From assembly GCF_018350175.1 (NCBI RefSeq), contig NC_058368.1:139254001-139318000 (forward strand): a stretch of DNA of 64,000 nucleotides, given 5' to 3'. Made by a program: the position numbers and the translations under genes. The notes under the pieces were generated by a model. That model made no database searches, was not told the origin of the DNA, and saw only the letters and a list, made by a program, of their open reading frames with translations. Each line of letters begins with the position of its first letter. Within the stretch, counting starts at the first letter, position 1. Below, piece by piece: positions 40,021 to 53,984 of this stretch. The DNA comes from Felis catus (lineage: Eukaryota).

Positions 40021-42119
40021 ATATGTTGAAGTGGCTACCTACCGCTTAAAAGAAAATGTCATCTTTGTATTATTCTTTGATTCACCCTTAATCTTCTTTA
40101 TATCCTTTCTAAGTATTTTTAATCTTATAAGCATTCTTTTACATTATGTTTAATATATTTTTGAAGTCACTGCTACCGAGGCACGATTTATATTTATGTT
40201 AAAGTTTCACTTTTTCAAGTGTATGGTTCAATGAATTTTGACAAACGGATGTGGTTGTGTTACCACGGCTTTAATCAAGATGTAGAACGTTCCCATCACC
40301 CCAGAAAGTTCCCTCCTGCCCTTGTCGTCAAACGTTGAATTGATGAACTGAATTATCTGTTGGTAGACTGGGCTCCTGGAGTCTCTCTTCCGTATTTTAT
40401 TTACAGACCGCCTCTTCTAGGTGTGAGGACAAAGGTCTGGCAGAGACAGAAGTGGTGGGGACCTTCACAGCACCCAGAAGATCTGGGAAGTTTATCTGGA
40501 GCAACTAGCGGGTGTTCAGTTGGGCTGGGATCAGCCAGTCTGCGCGGGGAACCCACTAACGTCAAACCCACCTGGGAATGTTTCTTCTCAACCAGAGTGT
40601 TCAGACCTTCGCGATTTATCTCCCTTTTAGTTTGCACCCATTCTCGCTGCCCAGATACTTGTTATCCTAGCCTCCTGAAGCCTTGAGCTTTCTCTGAAGC
40701 CTTGAACTGTTTTGGTCTGAAATTCACGGTTTGTGGATGTCTGTGTGGGCTGGACACGTATGCTCTAAGTGTGACCTTCCTTTGAAGGGTCTGAACATAG
40801 AAAGAGAAAGAGGACGCTAGCAATGAAAACCTCTGCAGAAAGAGGTTTAGGGATGTGTGCTCTGATTCACAGGGAAGTGTAACAAGTAACAAAGCTCATG
40901 ATTCACATGTGGATTCAGCAGCTGTGCAGAGGAGGCAATGAGACACTAGTCAAAGTTTGATCTCCTTGCTGACTGTAAATGGACAAAGAATAAATATTGC
41001 CAAGCAGTCATAGTCTATATCACCAGCCTTTCAAAGGAATACCATACACTGGTATTCTTTTCTGGTCTTCAGGATTTACAACCACCATGCAAGACTGTTT
41101 ATTTTGACAAACAATGTATGCAAGTAAGTCAAAGTGGCATTAATGTCTAAAGAAAGTCTTACTAATATAGGCAGTATTAGATAATCAATATATCAATAAG
41201 AACATATTAATGGATTTTTAATCAATTTATTGGTTATCTAATACTACATCTATTGCTATAGAGAAATAATTCCCAAATGTGACAGACTCTTAGAACTACC
41301 TTTAGAGCTTGTTGAAGATACAGACGTCCTGGAGAGTCTAATATAGTCATCAGGGAAGGTTTCTAGAAATCTGCATGCTGATCAAACTTCCTAGTTGGTT
41401 CTCACGTTGCTTTCTAGGGTCTATCCTTTAAGGGCATTACATTTGAAACTGGAAGGCTCGGGTTCCAGAGTTCTGGATTCTAGGCTTCCATTTACTGTCT
41501 GTGCAGACTTGATTTTAGCATGCCATTGCTCTGGGCCTCAGTGGATTCATTTGGGAAATGAATCACAAGCAGTTTTTTGGGCAGGGCAGACACAAGGTAA
41601 GAAGTATGCTTTTGAGAGGTTAAGCTGGTGAGTCCCTGTGGATAGGGTAATAAGGGCTAAGACATGGGGGCAGGAGGCTAGTGAGGAGGAAGTCACCACA
41701 GTATAGGAAGACCTGTAATGAGAAATGATGGGAGGAAAAGCAATGAGGGGTCAGAAGTGACAGAGGACACAGAGTGGGAGTCACAGGACTTGGTGACTGA
41801 TTGGATATGCAGCGTTAAGCAGAGGAAGGGGAAAAGGGGGCTCCAGTGTTTCTACCTGGGTGACTAGGTCAATAGAGGCTGCATTTCTAGAAATAAGGAC
41901 AGATGGATGAAACATGCAACAGCCCCCTCAGAGGATACTCCCTAATGGTACCGTGTTCTATTCCAGAACTTTCTTCCCCATCCTGACTGAAGAAGGATAT
42001 GGGAATGCGCTATGGAAGATGCAGCTACCAGCTGGACTCCTTCCATCACCTTGAGCAAATCATCTCACCTCCCTCCTCCCTGGAACTTAGTTTCCTCATT
42101 TGTAAGTGAAAGAACGTGA

Positions 42120-42535
42120 ACCAGAACTTCTTTTGGGATCCACGGACGATCTGCAGGGATTCCATGGACCTGCTGAAACTGTGCACAGGACTTTCATACA
42201 TGGGTCTATCTAAATTTTTCTTTTTCTTTTTTTAAGTTTATTTATTTATTTTGAGAGAGAGAGAGAGAGAGAGAGAGCACAAAAGCAAGCAAGAGCAGGG
42301 GAGGAGCAGAGAGAGAGGGAGACAGAGAATCCCACGCAGGCTCTGCACTGTCAGCACAGAGCTCAACGCACGTCTCAGTCTCACGAACCATGAGATCGTG
42401 ACCTGGGCCGAGATCAAGAGTCAGACGCTGAACTGACTGAGCCTCCCAGGTGTCCCTAATTTAAATTTTCTATGGAAAGGCCCTAGGCTGTCATCAAATT
42501 CTCATCAGTTAGTGACCCAGGAGGAAGTAACAGCT
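42120..42535. mobile_element. MER103C-like hAT MITE, interrupted by a SINE
   Basis: ggatccacggac...ttttctatggaaagg...tcatcaaattctca...gtgaccca. Confidence 0.5.
42220..42457 (-). mobile_element. Can-SINE
   Basis: Reverse consensus body. Confidence 0.92.
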
Positions 42536-42775
42536 ATTATTATAACAGATAACTTCTTAAAAAAAACTTTTTATCATGGAAAACTTAAAATACACATACA
42601 CACAGGATAAGTGAGAATTGTGTCCTTGTTAGTCAAGTTTTAATAATCAATATGGTCTCTCAAGTCCTTTTTGAAGTGTTAGTATTTCATTGAATGTAGG
42701 TACCATTACTTCTGTTTGACTTTTTTTTTTCATGTATTACCTCTAAATGGGTTTTATTCTTTAAAAATTGGAGTT

Positions 42776-42890
42776 GGGGCACCTGGGTGGCTCTGTGGGG
42801 TAAGCCTCTGACTCTTGATTGTGGCTCAGGTTATGCGGGTTCATGGGCTTGAGCCCTGTGTGCTCATGCACTTGCTCTCTCAAAATAAAT
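42776..42890 (+). mobile_element. Internally deleted Can-SINE
   Basis: ggggcacctgggtggctc head, short body, aaataaa. Confidence 0.8.
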
Positions 42891-42899
42891 ACATACACA

Positions 42900-43114
42900 T
42901 TTTATTTAATTTTTTTGTGTTTTTAAAAATATTTTTATTTGTGGGAGAGTGCAAGTGGGGGAGGGACACAGAGAGGGGGACAGAGGAGCCCAAATGGGCT
43001 CTGCACTGACATCTGACAGCAGGGAGCCCAACACGGGGCTCGAACTCACAAACTGCGAGATCGTGACCTGAACCAAAGTTGGACACTCAACCGACTGAGC
43101 CCCCCAGGGGCCCC
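42900..43114 (-). mobile_element. Can-SINE inserted antisense in the tail of the previous SINE
   Basis: Flanks aaataaatacatacacatttt / aaataaataaacactttt. Confidence 0.9.
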
Positions 43115-43342
43115 AAATAAATAAACACTTTTCAAGACAACAAATAAAGAAGTAAATAGTGGGTCTTTAAAAGAGGGAATGGTAAAATTCACAGACCTCC
43201 ACTTCAGCCACTCATTCACCACTCGGGATTCTCTGTACATGGTGGTGAATGTGCTTGCTTCTTTCCACCCAGGTGAGATGTTGTGTTTTTTGTTTTTGTT
43301 TTTGTTTTTGTTTTTTACTCCTGTCAATTTCACTGTGTGTTT

Positions 43343-43562
43343 TTTTATTTAAAAAAATTTTTTTTAACGTTTATTCATTTTTAAGACACAGAGAGAGCAT
43401 GAACAGGGGTCAGAGAGAGAGAGGGAGAAACAGAATCCGAAACAGGCTCCAGGCTCTGAGCTGTCAGCACAGAGCCCTACACGGGGCTCAAACCCACAGA
43501 CCGTGAGATCATGACCTGAACTGAAGTCGGCCGCTTAACCGACTGAGCCACCCAGGCGCCCC
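43343..43562 (-). mobile_element. Can-SINE
   Basis: TSD tcactgtg(t/c)gttt. Confidence 0.93.
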
Positions 43563-43749
43563 TCACTGTGCGTTTATACCAAGAGTCAGTTGTATCTGTT
43601 TCCAAAACTGTGCCAGTTGTGGTAAGTATTAAAAACATGTAATTTCCTTCAACGTGTACCTAAAGTATTTAGTAAGAGGTCAGAGCATATAAACTGAAAA
43701 AAAACCAAACCAATCCACAACTTTACTCTTTGTCACCTATGCTGGTTTG

Positions 43750-44270
43750 AATTCTCTCTCCGCCGCTGGCCAGTCTCTCCCGCAGATGTCCAACATTTCT
43801 ACTCGCTTTCAGCTCTCGGTGAGCAATCTCACATTTAGTCATTCACAAGGGCAGACCAGCTAGCTGTCTATCAGAGCTTTACCTCCTCCTCCACGGTGGC
43901 CTCGCGGATTGCCACTGAGGGAGGAGCTGGTTCTCAGCCTTCCCTCTTCCTCTGCCGCGGCTCCTCCCTCCCTCTCTGCCCCGCATCCGAACGAGCAGGC
44001 TTGGAATCAGGCAGGGAAGGACAAAGGACGCGTTTGAGACCAATGACTCTGCAATCTGGCACCAGGGCTCCCGAGGGACAGACGCCCAGATATTTGCCCG
44101 TTCTCCACGGGGCGCTTTTGGGGGTTCCCGCCTCACCACGGACCTCCCGCTTCACCACGGACCTCCCGCTTCACCACACCCTAGTACAGGCGCTGCTTCT
44201 CCATTTATGACTTTCCACTCAGCTCCTAACTCCTGAGGACTATGCTGGGCTCGCAGGCGGAGGTCTTGGA
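43750..44270. promoter_or_regulatory. Small CpG-rich, GC-rich unique block (CpG-island-like)
   Basis: About 20 CpGs by hand count in 43880-44200, against a CpG-poor non-SINE background; function inferred only. Confidence 0.4.
44126..44177. repeat. 19-bp tandem repeat, ~2.7 copies
   Basis: tcccgc(c/t)tcaccacggacc repeated. Confidence 0.9.
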
Positions 44271-45083
44271 CAGGGCTGTTGCACGATGATCAAGTTCAGC
44301 TACCTTCAGTGAGGTCCCCTCTGACCACTGGGGTGCACACCTGCCTGCCCGCCACTGGGGAAGCCTGATGATGGTAGGAGTGCCCTTGTTCTCCCTGTGC
44401 ACTCTCTTCTTCTGCAGCCAGGGGCAGCTTCCCGCTTTAAACTTTTCTAGGCACAAGTCCAGCTTCAGGTCGTAGTGACCTTCCTCTCCAGGGTTCCACA
44501 TCATGCTCTGCTAGCTGTTCACTTGAAGGTCACTTTCTGACCTTATCTTCAAAGAAATTCCTTCTATCAACCTCCTCCCTTTCTCGTGTAGCCTGGAAGT
44601 TGGTGATAAGCTAAGTTGTGGTGGAAAATTTTGGCCATGCCCCTTAGCAAATCGGGCAAAGATGATGTGCGTCCTCTCTTAAGACGCGTGTACTCATAAC
44701 CTTTATTCTCAGTTGTTGGGCCTCAGGCAAAATTGAGATAAGGGAAGTGTGCCATTTAAACATCCACTGTAGAAATACCACTTAAAATGGGAAACGGGGA
44801 AAATGTGAGTGTGAAAGGGAGTTACTTCCATGAAAGCTGTTAAACGTTTGGGAAAGGCAAAAAAACAAAAGAGAAAACCCGAACCCAAATCATTACAAAG
44901 ATCCTATAGAAATAGGTGCAGGTGAGATGCCTACTGATTTAGAGAATCATAAAAATCAGTAAGATTATGTCCATAGTGTTCAAGAACTTTAAGTTCCTGC
45001 TTCTCCCTTTTTTCCCCCCTAAGAGAAAAATTTATTATTTGCTGCCACACAAAGAATAATATAGTACTTAAATGCACATTGTT

Positions 45084-45300
45084 GGGGCGCCTGGGTGGCA
45101 CAGTCGGTTAAGCGTCCGACTTCAGCCAGGTCACGATCTCGCGGTCCGGGAGTTCGAGCCCCGCGTCAGGCTCTGGGCTAATGGCTCAGAGCCTGGAGCC
45201 TGCTTCCGATTCTGTGTCTCCCTCTCTCTCTGCCCCACCCCCGTTCATGCTCTGTCTCTCTCTGTCCCAAAAATAAATAAACGTTGAAAAAAAAATTTTT
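45084..45300 (+). mobile_element. Young felid Can-SINE
   Basis: TSD taaatgcacattgt; same diagnostic variants as the 1040 copy. Confidence 0.95.
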
Positions 45301-45981
45301 TTAAATGCACATTGTATCTATGGGGACAAAAGCACGCCAGGCAGTTACGTTTTTAAAGCAAAGAAACAACAGAATATTCATCTACTTTCATTTTTGAGCG
45401 TCTACAAACTTAACTCTATTATCTGAAAAAGTCACACGTTTCTGAATTTGTACTTATAAATCTTCAAACACTTGCAAGTTCACATTAGACAATAGATGAA
45501 ATCTATAGCCAGATTCCAAAAATTCAGGTATGTGAATGGAGAGTTCATACATGGCTCGGGCGTGTCACCAGCGGATTTCAGAAAAATCCCGTCATCCCTC
45601 TTCTGAACTTCACAACCCATGGTTTAAAGTAAGACAGCATCTGCCAAGCCCCGTTCCTCTGTCTTTGTGGTCAAATCTTGGTTTTGGCTGCTGTCTTCCT
45701 TCAGGATTCAGAGAGCATGCACCACCCACTGGGCCAGGAAGGGGTTATTGTCATCGGTGCCGCAGCTGTCTAGAACCAAGAGAGTGCCATCCAGCTCATT
45801 TGCCTTGCCTTGGATATCTTTATTCTCATAACGTAGATTTCCAATCGGACAAATGAAATGGGACTTCTACCCCTTGGCCACATCGGAGATGTCACCTGCT
45901 GCTTTTATGCAACCAGAGGTGCTGAACATGTTCGTGCGGTCTTTTCCGGCTCCATGAATCAGTCATAAAAAGATTAGATTA

Positions 45982-46135
45982 CTAGGTTATTGTAAAAGGA
46001 TATAACTCAGGAACAGCTAGAGGGAGGAGAGGTATAGGGCAAGGAATGGGGAAAGGGCCTGGAGCTGCCAAGCTCTTTTGGAGGATGCCACTCTCCCTCC
46101 ATCTCCACGTGTTCAACCAACCCAGAAGCTCCCTG
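45982..46135 (-). mobile_element. MER21-like LTR fragment
   Basis: aaaggatataactcaggaacagc...tagggcaagg...ccacgtgttcaaccaacccagaagctc. Confidence 0.6.
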
Positions 46136-46265
46136 CTTCTCTCTAAAGAGGGTGTGGTGATCTCCACTGAGAGGATCCAAGACTAACTGCAATCATCTGC
46201 CTTGTACTCAGGGAAAGTGAAGAATGACATACTGTGTTGTGTTAGAAGTTAAAAGCAGCATTTAA

Positions 46266-46481
46266 GGGGTGCCTGGGTGGCTCCACTGGTTGAGCGACGA
46301 CTTTAGCTCAGGTCATGATCTCACAGTTCATGGGTTCGAGCCCCGCGTCCGGCTCTGTGCTGACAGCTCGGAGCTTGGAGCCTGCTTTGGATTCTGTGTC
46401 TCCCTCTCTCTCTCTCTGCCCCCCTCCTGCGTGCACTCTGTCTCTCTCTCAAAAATAAATAAAAATTAAAAAAAATTTTTT
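46266..46481 (+). mobile_element. Can-SINE
   Basis: TSD aaagca(g/a)cat(t/a)taagg. Confidence 0.93.
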
Positions 46482-46614
46482 AAAGCAACATATAAGGTAA
46501 GTATCATTGATATGTAAATATCTTCTTTGTAATTCCATATCTTCTTTGTAATTCCTTCCTTTAACTAACTTCTTAATTATCAAACACCTACCAGTTTTAA
46601 TAGAGTTGGCTAAA

Positions 46615-47088
46615 AGTTTTGCAGAGAATGCTGTTTTCCCTTCTCTGTACATTCTTCCCTTCTTCCATATTAATAGAGTTTCATTTTTTTTCCACTGGGC
46701 TCTAGCTTCCCAGAATAAAAATATTTATCTTTGTCTCTTGCAGCTTAGCATAACAACATGACTTAATCGTGGTCAAGAAATATATGTTGACATATCTTTT
46801 GGTAGCTTCTGGGAATGTTCTTTAAGCAAAAGCTACCATATGCCCTTGCCCATGTCTTTTATGCCCATCTTCCAACCTACTACCTGGAATACAGATATGA
46901 TAGCTGGAGCTCTAGCCACCATCTTGGGTCATGAGGAAAAAAAAAAAAATGGAAGGCGGCTGGGTCTCTGAGGACTTTGTGGAACCAAAGTGCCAGAACA
47001 ACATGGAAGTAAATGTCTGCCTTCTTTAAACTGCTACTGTTTTTGGTCTCTGTGATTCATGGTCAAGCTTAACCATAACTGAAATACA
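46615..47088 (+). mobile_element. Old MaLR (MLT1) LTR fragment
   Basis: cctggaatacagatatgatagctggagctctagccaccatcttg...ttggtctctgtg...taactgaaataca. Confidence 0.55.
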
Positions 47089-49234
47089 GGGCTTGGGACT
47101 AACTATTTTTTTCTGAGCAGAAATGCAATCCGCTCTGCATATTCTATTAAGAAACTTATGGGCAACCAATATCTATGTAGATTTTTTTTTTTTTTACAAT
47201 ACTCAGGAGCTTTATAGAGGGGCTACTTGAATTAGGAAGAGAACCCTCTTCAGGTCTTTTGGACTCAAATATTTTACAGTGCATCATTTTACTTGAAGAA
47301 TATTCAGTTTTAAATCATTGCAAAGTCCATACTTTGCCCAGAGATCATTCTTTTAAAATCACTGATTTGGCTTACTGTTTCTGGTAAATGTTTTCATGTT
47401 CTGCAAAATTTCCTCAGGCCATATTGATTTATTGTCCCAAGTCTAACTCCAGAGCTGGGAACACACCATTTTAGAGCCAGCACCAATGTGCTAACACATT
47501 GTACCTTGGGGGCAGAAGGACCTCATTCCCTCAATTCTGAGATGTCATCACTAGAAGGTGCACCAAGGGTGTCCTGACAGCTTTTGAGAAAAGAGGAAAA
47601 CACACTAAAGGACCCATATTTTTCTCGGCAAATGCTAATAGCATACGTATATATGCTCATTTACTCCTTTTTTATTTTTTTCATTCATTACTTTTTTTTC
47701 CTCCAACTTTGAATTCCAATCATTTTCACATTCAGTCTAAAGATTCTTTTGAATTACTTTTTGTTTCACGGCACCCTGACTCTTTGCTTTATTTAACCAG
47801 TTCTTGCATTTTGGAGTCTTTTGCCCCTTCGTTACAACACAAGGAATGATTAATGCTATGTGCTCACATGTAACTGTGCTGAAGTATGGTTCTTCTCATC
47901 CCTTCCTCTATTTTTGCCCATCAAATCGGTCTTTAGGCCGGACTCTTTTGAGAGTTAACTAATAAAATTCCAGACCATGGCTCTAAGTTGCAACGCTTCA
48001 CTATGAGCAAGATGGCGTTGTCTCTCCCCAGTGAAGCCCCAGAGGGAGAAGATCACTACGTCGTTGCTCAGTTAAAAGAGTCATCTTGGCAAGGTGGTAG
48101 ACTGAGAGCCCTCACAAGCACATTGGTCTTGTTTTCCTGTGCCACGCAGAGGCCTGTGTGAAGGTATATAATTAGCAACCAACTGTCCTTGGAGGTACAA
48201 TTTGAAACAAGGAGTTTTGGAAGACGCTAAAGACTTTAGAAACATGTTGCCACGTCCTGTGAAAAATAATTTCCGAAAGAGACCTACAATTCTGACTGGC
48301 TGATGGCTTTCCTTAAATAAGTTGCTGCCTTGGTCCTAATGTTGAATTAACATCTCCATGTCTTTAACAGTATAAATATTTGCAAGATGGTTCTGTCAGA
48401 TGAGAAAAGGATGATTAGCTCTTTCCCTGTCGTGTACGTGATAGAAATAATAAATGCTTACCACTCATTTTAACAATGGGATGAAGAGTCCTATCTCATT
48501 TAAATTTATATTATAATTTCAGAGCACATTAAAAAAACATCAGGGCACTGGATATCCTGGTAAGACTTTTTTTTTTACATCAGTTGTGAGACAGCAGTTG
48601 GATTTCAGAGATGCAGCTATTTTCAGAAATACAGATTTTTAAAGGCATTTTCACATCAAGAAAACTTTGTATTTTTATAACGTAATTCTTGTCATTGTGT
48701 GTGTGTGCCAACAGATATTTAATTATCAGTCACATTTCTGTAATTGCGAGGCCATTCTTAACAGAGTATAACATTTAAGAGAAATTACAGCGAGTGTCCT
48801 TCTCTCTTATCTGTTAACATTTCATGCTGGGGCAATCTGTTTAAAATCACTATCCAGAACAACTTAAAAGGTCGATGACAGTGCAGTATCTCAAGGAGGC
48901 AGTGCCTGGCATTTTGAATGGTGTGTGTGGAAGTTCCTGGGAAGCCTTGATGCTTCCTGGCCATCCATCAGGTGACCGATGAGATACGGAATATTCTGTC
49001 TACCTATATATGGACACTCGAGGCTTTTAGCACAACCCTGGGTGGCACCATTTCTGCTTCCATCGGCAGGCTGCTGCCTTCTCAAATCCTTGGCACAGCA
49101 CTGGGCGTCTCATCTAAGCGGTGTGGGACCCAGATTGTTCCCTTTTGCTCTGCCCGAAGGCAGTGTTGTCCTAACTTCAGTCATTCAGGTCCCACCTCTA
49201 TGGTTCCAGCTATATCTATATTATTTATTCAGTA

Positions 49235-49442
49235 GGGGTGCCTGGGTGGCTTAGTCGGTTAGCACCTGACTTTGGCTCAGGTCATGATCTCCTGGTTCGT
49301 GAGTCTGAGCCCCACATTTGGCTCTGTGCCGACAGCTCAGAGCCTGGAGCCTGCTTCAGATTCTGTGTCTCCCTCTCTCTCTGCCCCTCCCCTGCTCACA
49401 CTATGTCTGTGTGTCTCAAAAATAAGTAAACGTTGAAAAAAA
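49235..49442 (+). mobile_element. Can-SINE
   Basis: TSD ttatttattcagta. Confidence 0.93.
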
Positions 49443-49949
49443 TTTATTTATTCAGTATTTTTATACTTGTACTCTGTTTCCTTAAATGCATTTGCTTTAA
49501 AAGAAAACTTTCTACTCTCTTAAATGGCAAAATCAAGTATCACACTATAAATGGAAGGCAACTGTAGGTCAGAGATGGAACCATATCAGAAAAACCCAGA
49601 ATTTAATCATGTTCTCCCCACTTAACACAACCAATTTCTTCTGAACACCTCTCCCAGATGACAAAGTTCTGTGGAACCTGGTCTCCCAAATACTACTCTT
49701 GGCTTTGCCCTCTAAAGTTCTGGCCCATGATCTTTTCCCTAGACCTTAGGCCTACCAAGCTCACTCTTCCTCTGTATTTGGCATGACCAGCTTCCCCTTC
49801 ACTCCAGGGGCAGCCTAAGTGACCTGACTCCAGGAGGGGAGTGGTCACTGTTGGTGTCCTGCCCAGAAATCCTTGAATACGATTTACTAGTTCCATTTCA
49901 CCACTTTCTTTCTCCAAAATTCCCCAAAGCACCAACAGAATACTTTATT

Positions 49950-50141
49950 TACATATACATATGTATATATGTATACATATATACATATAACACATTAACT
50001 TAACTTATATATATGAATACATATAATAAAATACATATTATACATATACACATATGTATATAACAATGCATATTATAATACATAATATAATACATGTTAC
50101 ATATATACATGTATGTACATATATATAAATATACATATATA
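49950..50141. repeat. Degenerate (TA/CA)n low-complexity tract
   Basis: About 190 bp of atatacat-type repeats. Confidence 0.85.
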
Positions 50142-51459
50142 GTTTACAATTTATTGAATAGCAGGGGGAACAATGGTAAATGGATGGATCAATACATTTG
50201 AAGTCCTGAAATTAATTAGTTGATGTGAATAATTCATTAATTGAAAAGGCAGAAAACGTGTTAACTATTATGCATTTGTAGAATCATTTTCAGAACAGCA
50301 GAGAATCAACTAAGGGAATGGTACTAATACAGGAACATCTAAGGAGGATTTATCAAGAGGAGGCATCATAACCAGAGAGGGCCATCCTGGGTGAGTCAGC
50401 ACTGAGGAGGAGGGAAGATCTGCTTATCTGGGGACTGGCACAAAGGGAAAACCAAGGACAAATTTATTTTCTCTTCGCTTCCGTGAGGCAAATGCATAAA
50501 ATATCTCAGTTTTGGTGCAAGGCAGACTGAGCCTTCAGGAGACACAAAGCTCACTGCCAGTATCTGGATACCGTACTCGGCGGGCTGGAAAGTGGCTGAG
50601 GATGCCACCCGAAGGGGCCAAACATGGCTGTTTCAGATAAAACTCCCGCTGTCCCTGGCCCCATTGGGATTTGATTTCTGAATTCCCAGACTGATAAGAA
50701 CCTCCCAGTGTGGAGAGGCTGTGAATCATCTGGCTGCACGTCTTCCTGTCTGCCTTCCTCCCAGCTCATCGGTTGGGTTGAGCGCTAAGCAGTCTGATTC
50801 CTGCTGAGACAACCGTGTAAGTCCTACTCTTTACTCTCCTGCTCTCCCGGATGCACGGACACGCTCCTAAGAGGAGATGAGCTCTCAGAGTTAGAGCAAT
50901 AATCTAATCTATTGATCGGGCTCTTCCAGTTGCCTGTTCTGAGAAGACACATTACCGTGAGGGCAGGTGTGGCACTGCTGATGTTTGCAGGAAAAAGAGC
51001 TTGCCACAAGGTATTGGCACAGACTGAGGAACCATGATATGGGGAGCCGGTGCCTCAGGAGTACTGCCACTGATTCCCCAGGCCTCCCTGCCCTTGGTGG
51101 CCCATTGGTGGCCTGCCCATTTGGCACTTCAGCGGATACCAAATGTGCACATGCTCACCGCATCACACTAGAAGCTCAGACACTGTAAGCAACAAGACAG
51201 GGGAGAGGGAGAAAGGTGGCACTGGGGCACCTTCCTCACTCAGAACCTCTATCCACATCCTCCAAAGCTGCCAGGGAAAAAAAATCCATATAATGATTGT
51301 TTCTTACTAGGCAGTTTTAAAACAAGTAACTTAATACCTCTTCTAACCATGAAGCTGCCCATGAACCCCTTCTGGAAGAAAATTCTGAACCTGCAAACTT
51401 GGCAAAGAATTCTTCCCTAAGAGAAGTTTTATGAGTTAGAGTAGTATGTTTGTCATTAT

Positions 51460-51871
51460 TGTGTTGACCAATATCTGCTTCTTTTCCTATTTTAGGCATA
51501 TGAAAGTCTGCCCTCCTTAGTCTCTGCAGTCCTTGCAGTTGGACAGGGCCACGTGACTAGTTGTGGTGGCCAATGTAATGGCATATATCATTTCCAGGCT
51601 GAGACAGTGAAATGCCCATGTGTGATCCTCTAGGCTCTTTCTGTTACACGAAGGAAATCACAGAGAAGGCCTTTTGCTGAGATAGAAGGCCCAAGAGTTT
51701 GAAGCAGCCAGAAGAACTAAGTCTTTATGCAGGGGATAACTGCCCTGGAGAGCTGCCTGGGCCCACAGAGGATTTTGCATGAGAGAGAAATAAACCTTTG
51801 TTGCATTAAGCCTTTGAGATTTGGAAATTGCTTGTTAGTGCAGCATAACTTAGCCCACCCTTACTAATATA
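51460..51871 (+). mobile_element. Old MaLR LTR (MLT1H-like)
   Basis: ccacgtgactagtt...gagagaaataaacctttgttgcattaagcc...gcagcataacttagccc...actaatata. Confidence 0.75.
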
Positions 51872-53029
51872 GAATTCATGTTCCATAGAGTGCCTGTTGT
51901 TTCTCCTCTGACCCCATCCTTCTCCTCTAGCCAGGTATTCTTTTCTAAGCTAGACTTCTCTCCTGCAATTTTCTGCTTGGCCAGATACTCCTCTCATGTC
52001 CTTCTTCCCCCCGTCAAACCATCCTCAGACCCTGCTCAGTTATAGCGTTCATGCTTCAACTGCTCAAACCTTACCATCCTGAAATCTTTCTCAGCCACAA
52101 TGGCCTAAGTAAGCAGGAAATTCTGCTGAAAACTCACCCAATTGTTTCATGAAACTGAAACTGTCAAGCCCCATGGAGAATTAGTGTAAGTACCGAGGGA
52201 GGAGAAAATATTTGGCTGTCTTTACTTAATAAGTATTTTTACCTAACTAAATTGTGGAGCAAGTCAAGATAAGACGACTTTCCTTTCATCCTGACACCTA
52301 TATGTCACCCTTAGGACTTAAAATGTTGCTGTAAAAATAGTTGTTTTTCTGTGAAGTTAACAGCTAAGTGTCTGGGAGGCTGTGCTACTGACCCAAACTT
52401 GAGACACCAAGCATTTGTACGGAAAGATGCCTCCCTGGCCAAAGACAGTGCCTCCTTTGCCTGCAAGTCAGCAAGTCAAGCTGGTAAAGGGCTCCAGTGA
52501 TCTGAAACTTCTCACTCTTACACCGTGACCGCTGGAAGGAACGCTGGTAACTAACACGATCACCATTCTCTCTGATCACCTGTGAGCTGAGCCAAGCAGC
52601 GTAAACAAAACAAGGGGCCCGTAGATGTGCTTTGAGAAATCTACTGAGATGAACCGTGGAGTTCGGAAGGTAGACACCGCTTGGATGAAATGCCTATTTG
52701 CCATTATGACTTAGTTAGAAGCAAATAACAGAAAATCTCATTATAGAGCCTTAAACAACTGGCAGTTTCATTGACCATTTCTCGTGGTTTGATACCTTAG
52801 AGCTTCAAAGAACTCTCTGAAGGTGAGAAGTAGACCTCCGAGAGTACCAGAATGTTATTCTGGCCCTCATGATACAGGGCTCTGTCAGCTATGGAGAGGT
52901 CAGAAAGCAGTTAAACGTGAGAAAAAGCCTCTGTGGACCATGAGCAGGACAAAGAGGCTCCAGGACAGAGACAAAACTGATCCACTTTCTGTAGAGGATG
53001 TTATCGGTTGCTTCAGGGGTAAACCCTGT

Positions 53030-53410
53030 TAATTAATTATCCACCCCAAATCTTATGTCCCCTTCCCCTTCCTTCTACAATTCTTCTGGCGTGGCAGGCA
53101 ACACATCTGATGATAAATCATTCCTAAATATAAACCAATCATGACAACACTATTTCCTGCTTCCTCAGACTCATTTGCAGATAAGAATGGCCGGGGACCT
53201 CATCTGAACCAACGGGTATGTTTGCTAGGGGACTTCTGGGAAAAATATGTTGCATTTAAACTGAAACGGACAAGCGTGGCTGGCAAGAAATCCTCGGTTA
53301 AATGTAATGACAATGCTCAGTGATACAGTAACCGTTTGTGATCATGACTAGGCCCCACGCATGAGGGAAAGCTTCCAGAGAAAGATGAAGATTGTAGACA
53401 CCCCCTTGCC
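53030..53410 (+). mobile_element. Old MaLR LTR 5' part (probably continues at ~58320-58460)
   Basis: cagactcatttgcagatagg-like and gggacttctgggaaa motifs; downstream ccctgacattgttgagcca...atttgcagctggaa. Confidence 0.45.
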
Positions 53411-53582
53411 CCTCAGGGACTTCTGTTTCTGGCTGAGATGGTGTAACAGGGATCAGATTTACCCTTCTACCTGAAGTGAACATAAAAGAGGACAGAATAT
53501 ATGAAATGACAGATTTCAAGACCCAGGGACATCAGGCAATGAAAAACGTTGATGCATAAGAGGCCAGAAAAAAAGAATGCGA

Positions 53583-53787
53583 GGGGCGCCTGGGTGGCTC
53601 AGTCGGTTAAGCGTCCGACTTCAGCTCAGGTCATGATCTTGCGGTCCGTGAGTTCGAGCCCCACATCAGGTTCTGGGCTGATGGCTCAGAGCCTGGAGCC
53701 TGCTTTGGATTCTGTGTCCCCGCGTGTCTCTGCCCCTTCCCCGCTCATGCTCTGTCTTGCTCTCTCTCTCAAAAATAAATGTTAAAA
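53583..53787 (+). mobile_element. Can-SINE A of the composite cassette
   Basis: Consensus head; very short tail; no own TSD. Confidence 0.93.
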
Positions 53788-53984
53788 GAATTTCAAGATC
53801 CAGGGTTTGTGTATCCATCATGGAATTCTTGAACTTTCCCAAAGCACAGGAGTGTGCTATTTTGCTGAAATATTTCAGTAGTATTTTTAAAGATTTATGG
53901 CATGCTGTACTAGCTTCTAGAGTACTTCTTTTACTGTGAGTCTCGACTTTTATCACAGCAGTTATTTCAGATATTAAGAAGCAA

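Noticed and set aside
46518..46556. 19-bp tandem duplication atatcttctttgtaattcc
   Set aside because: An ordinary slippage duplication with no further structure
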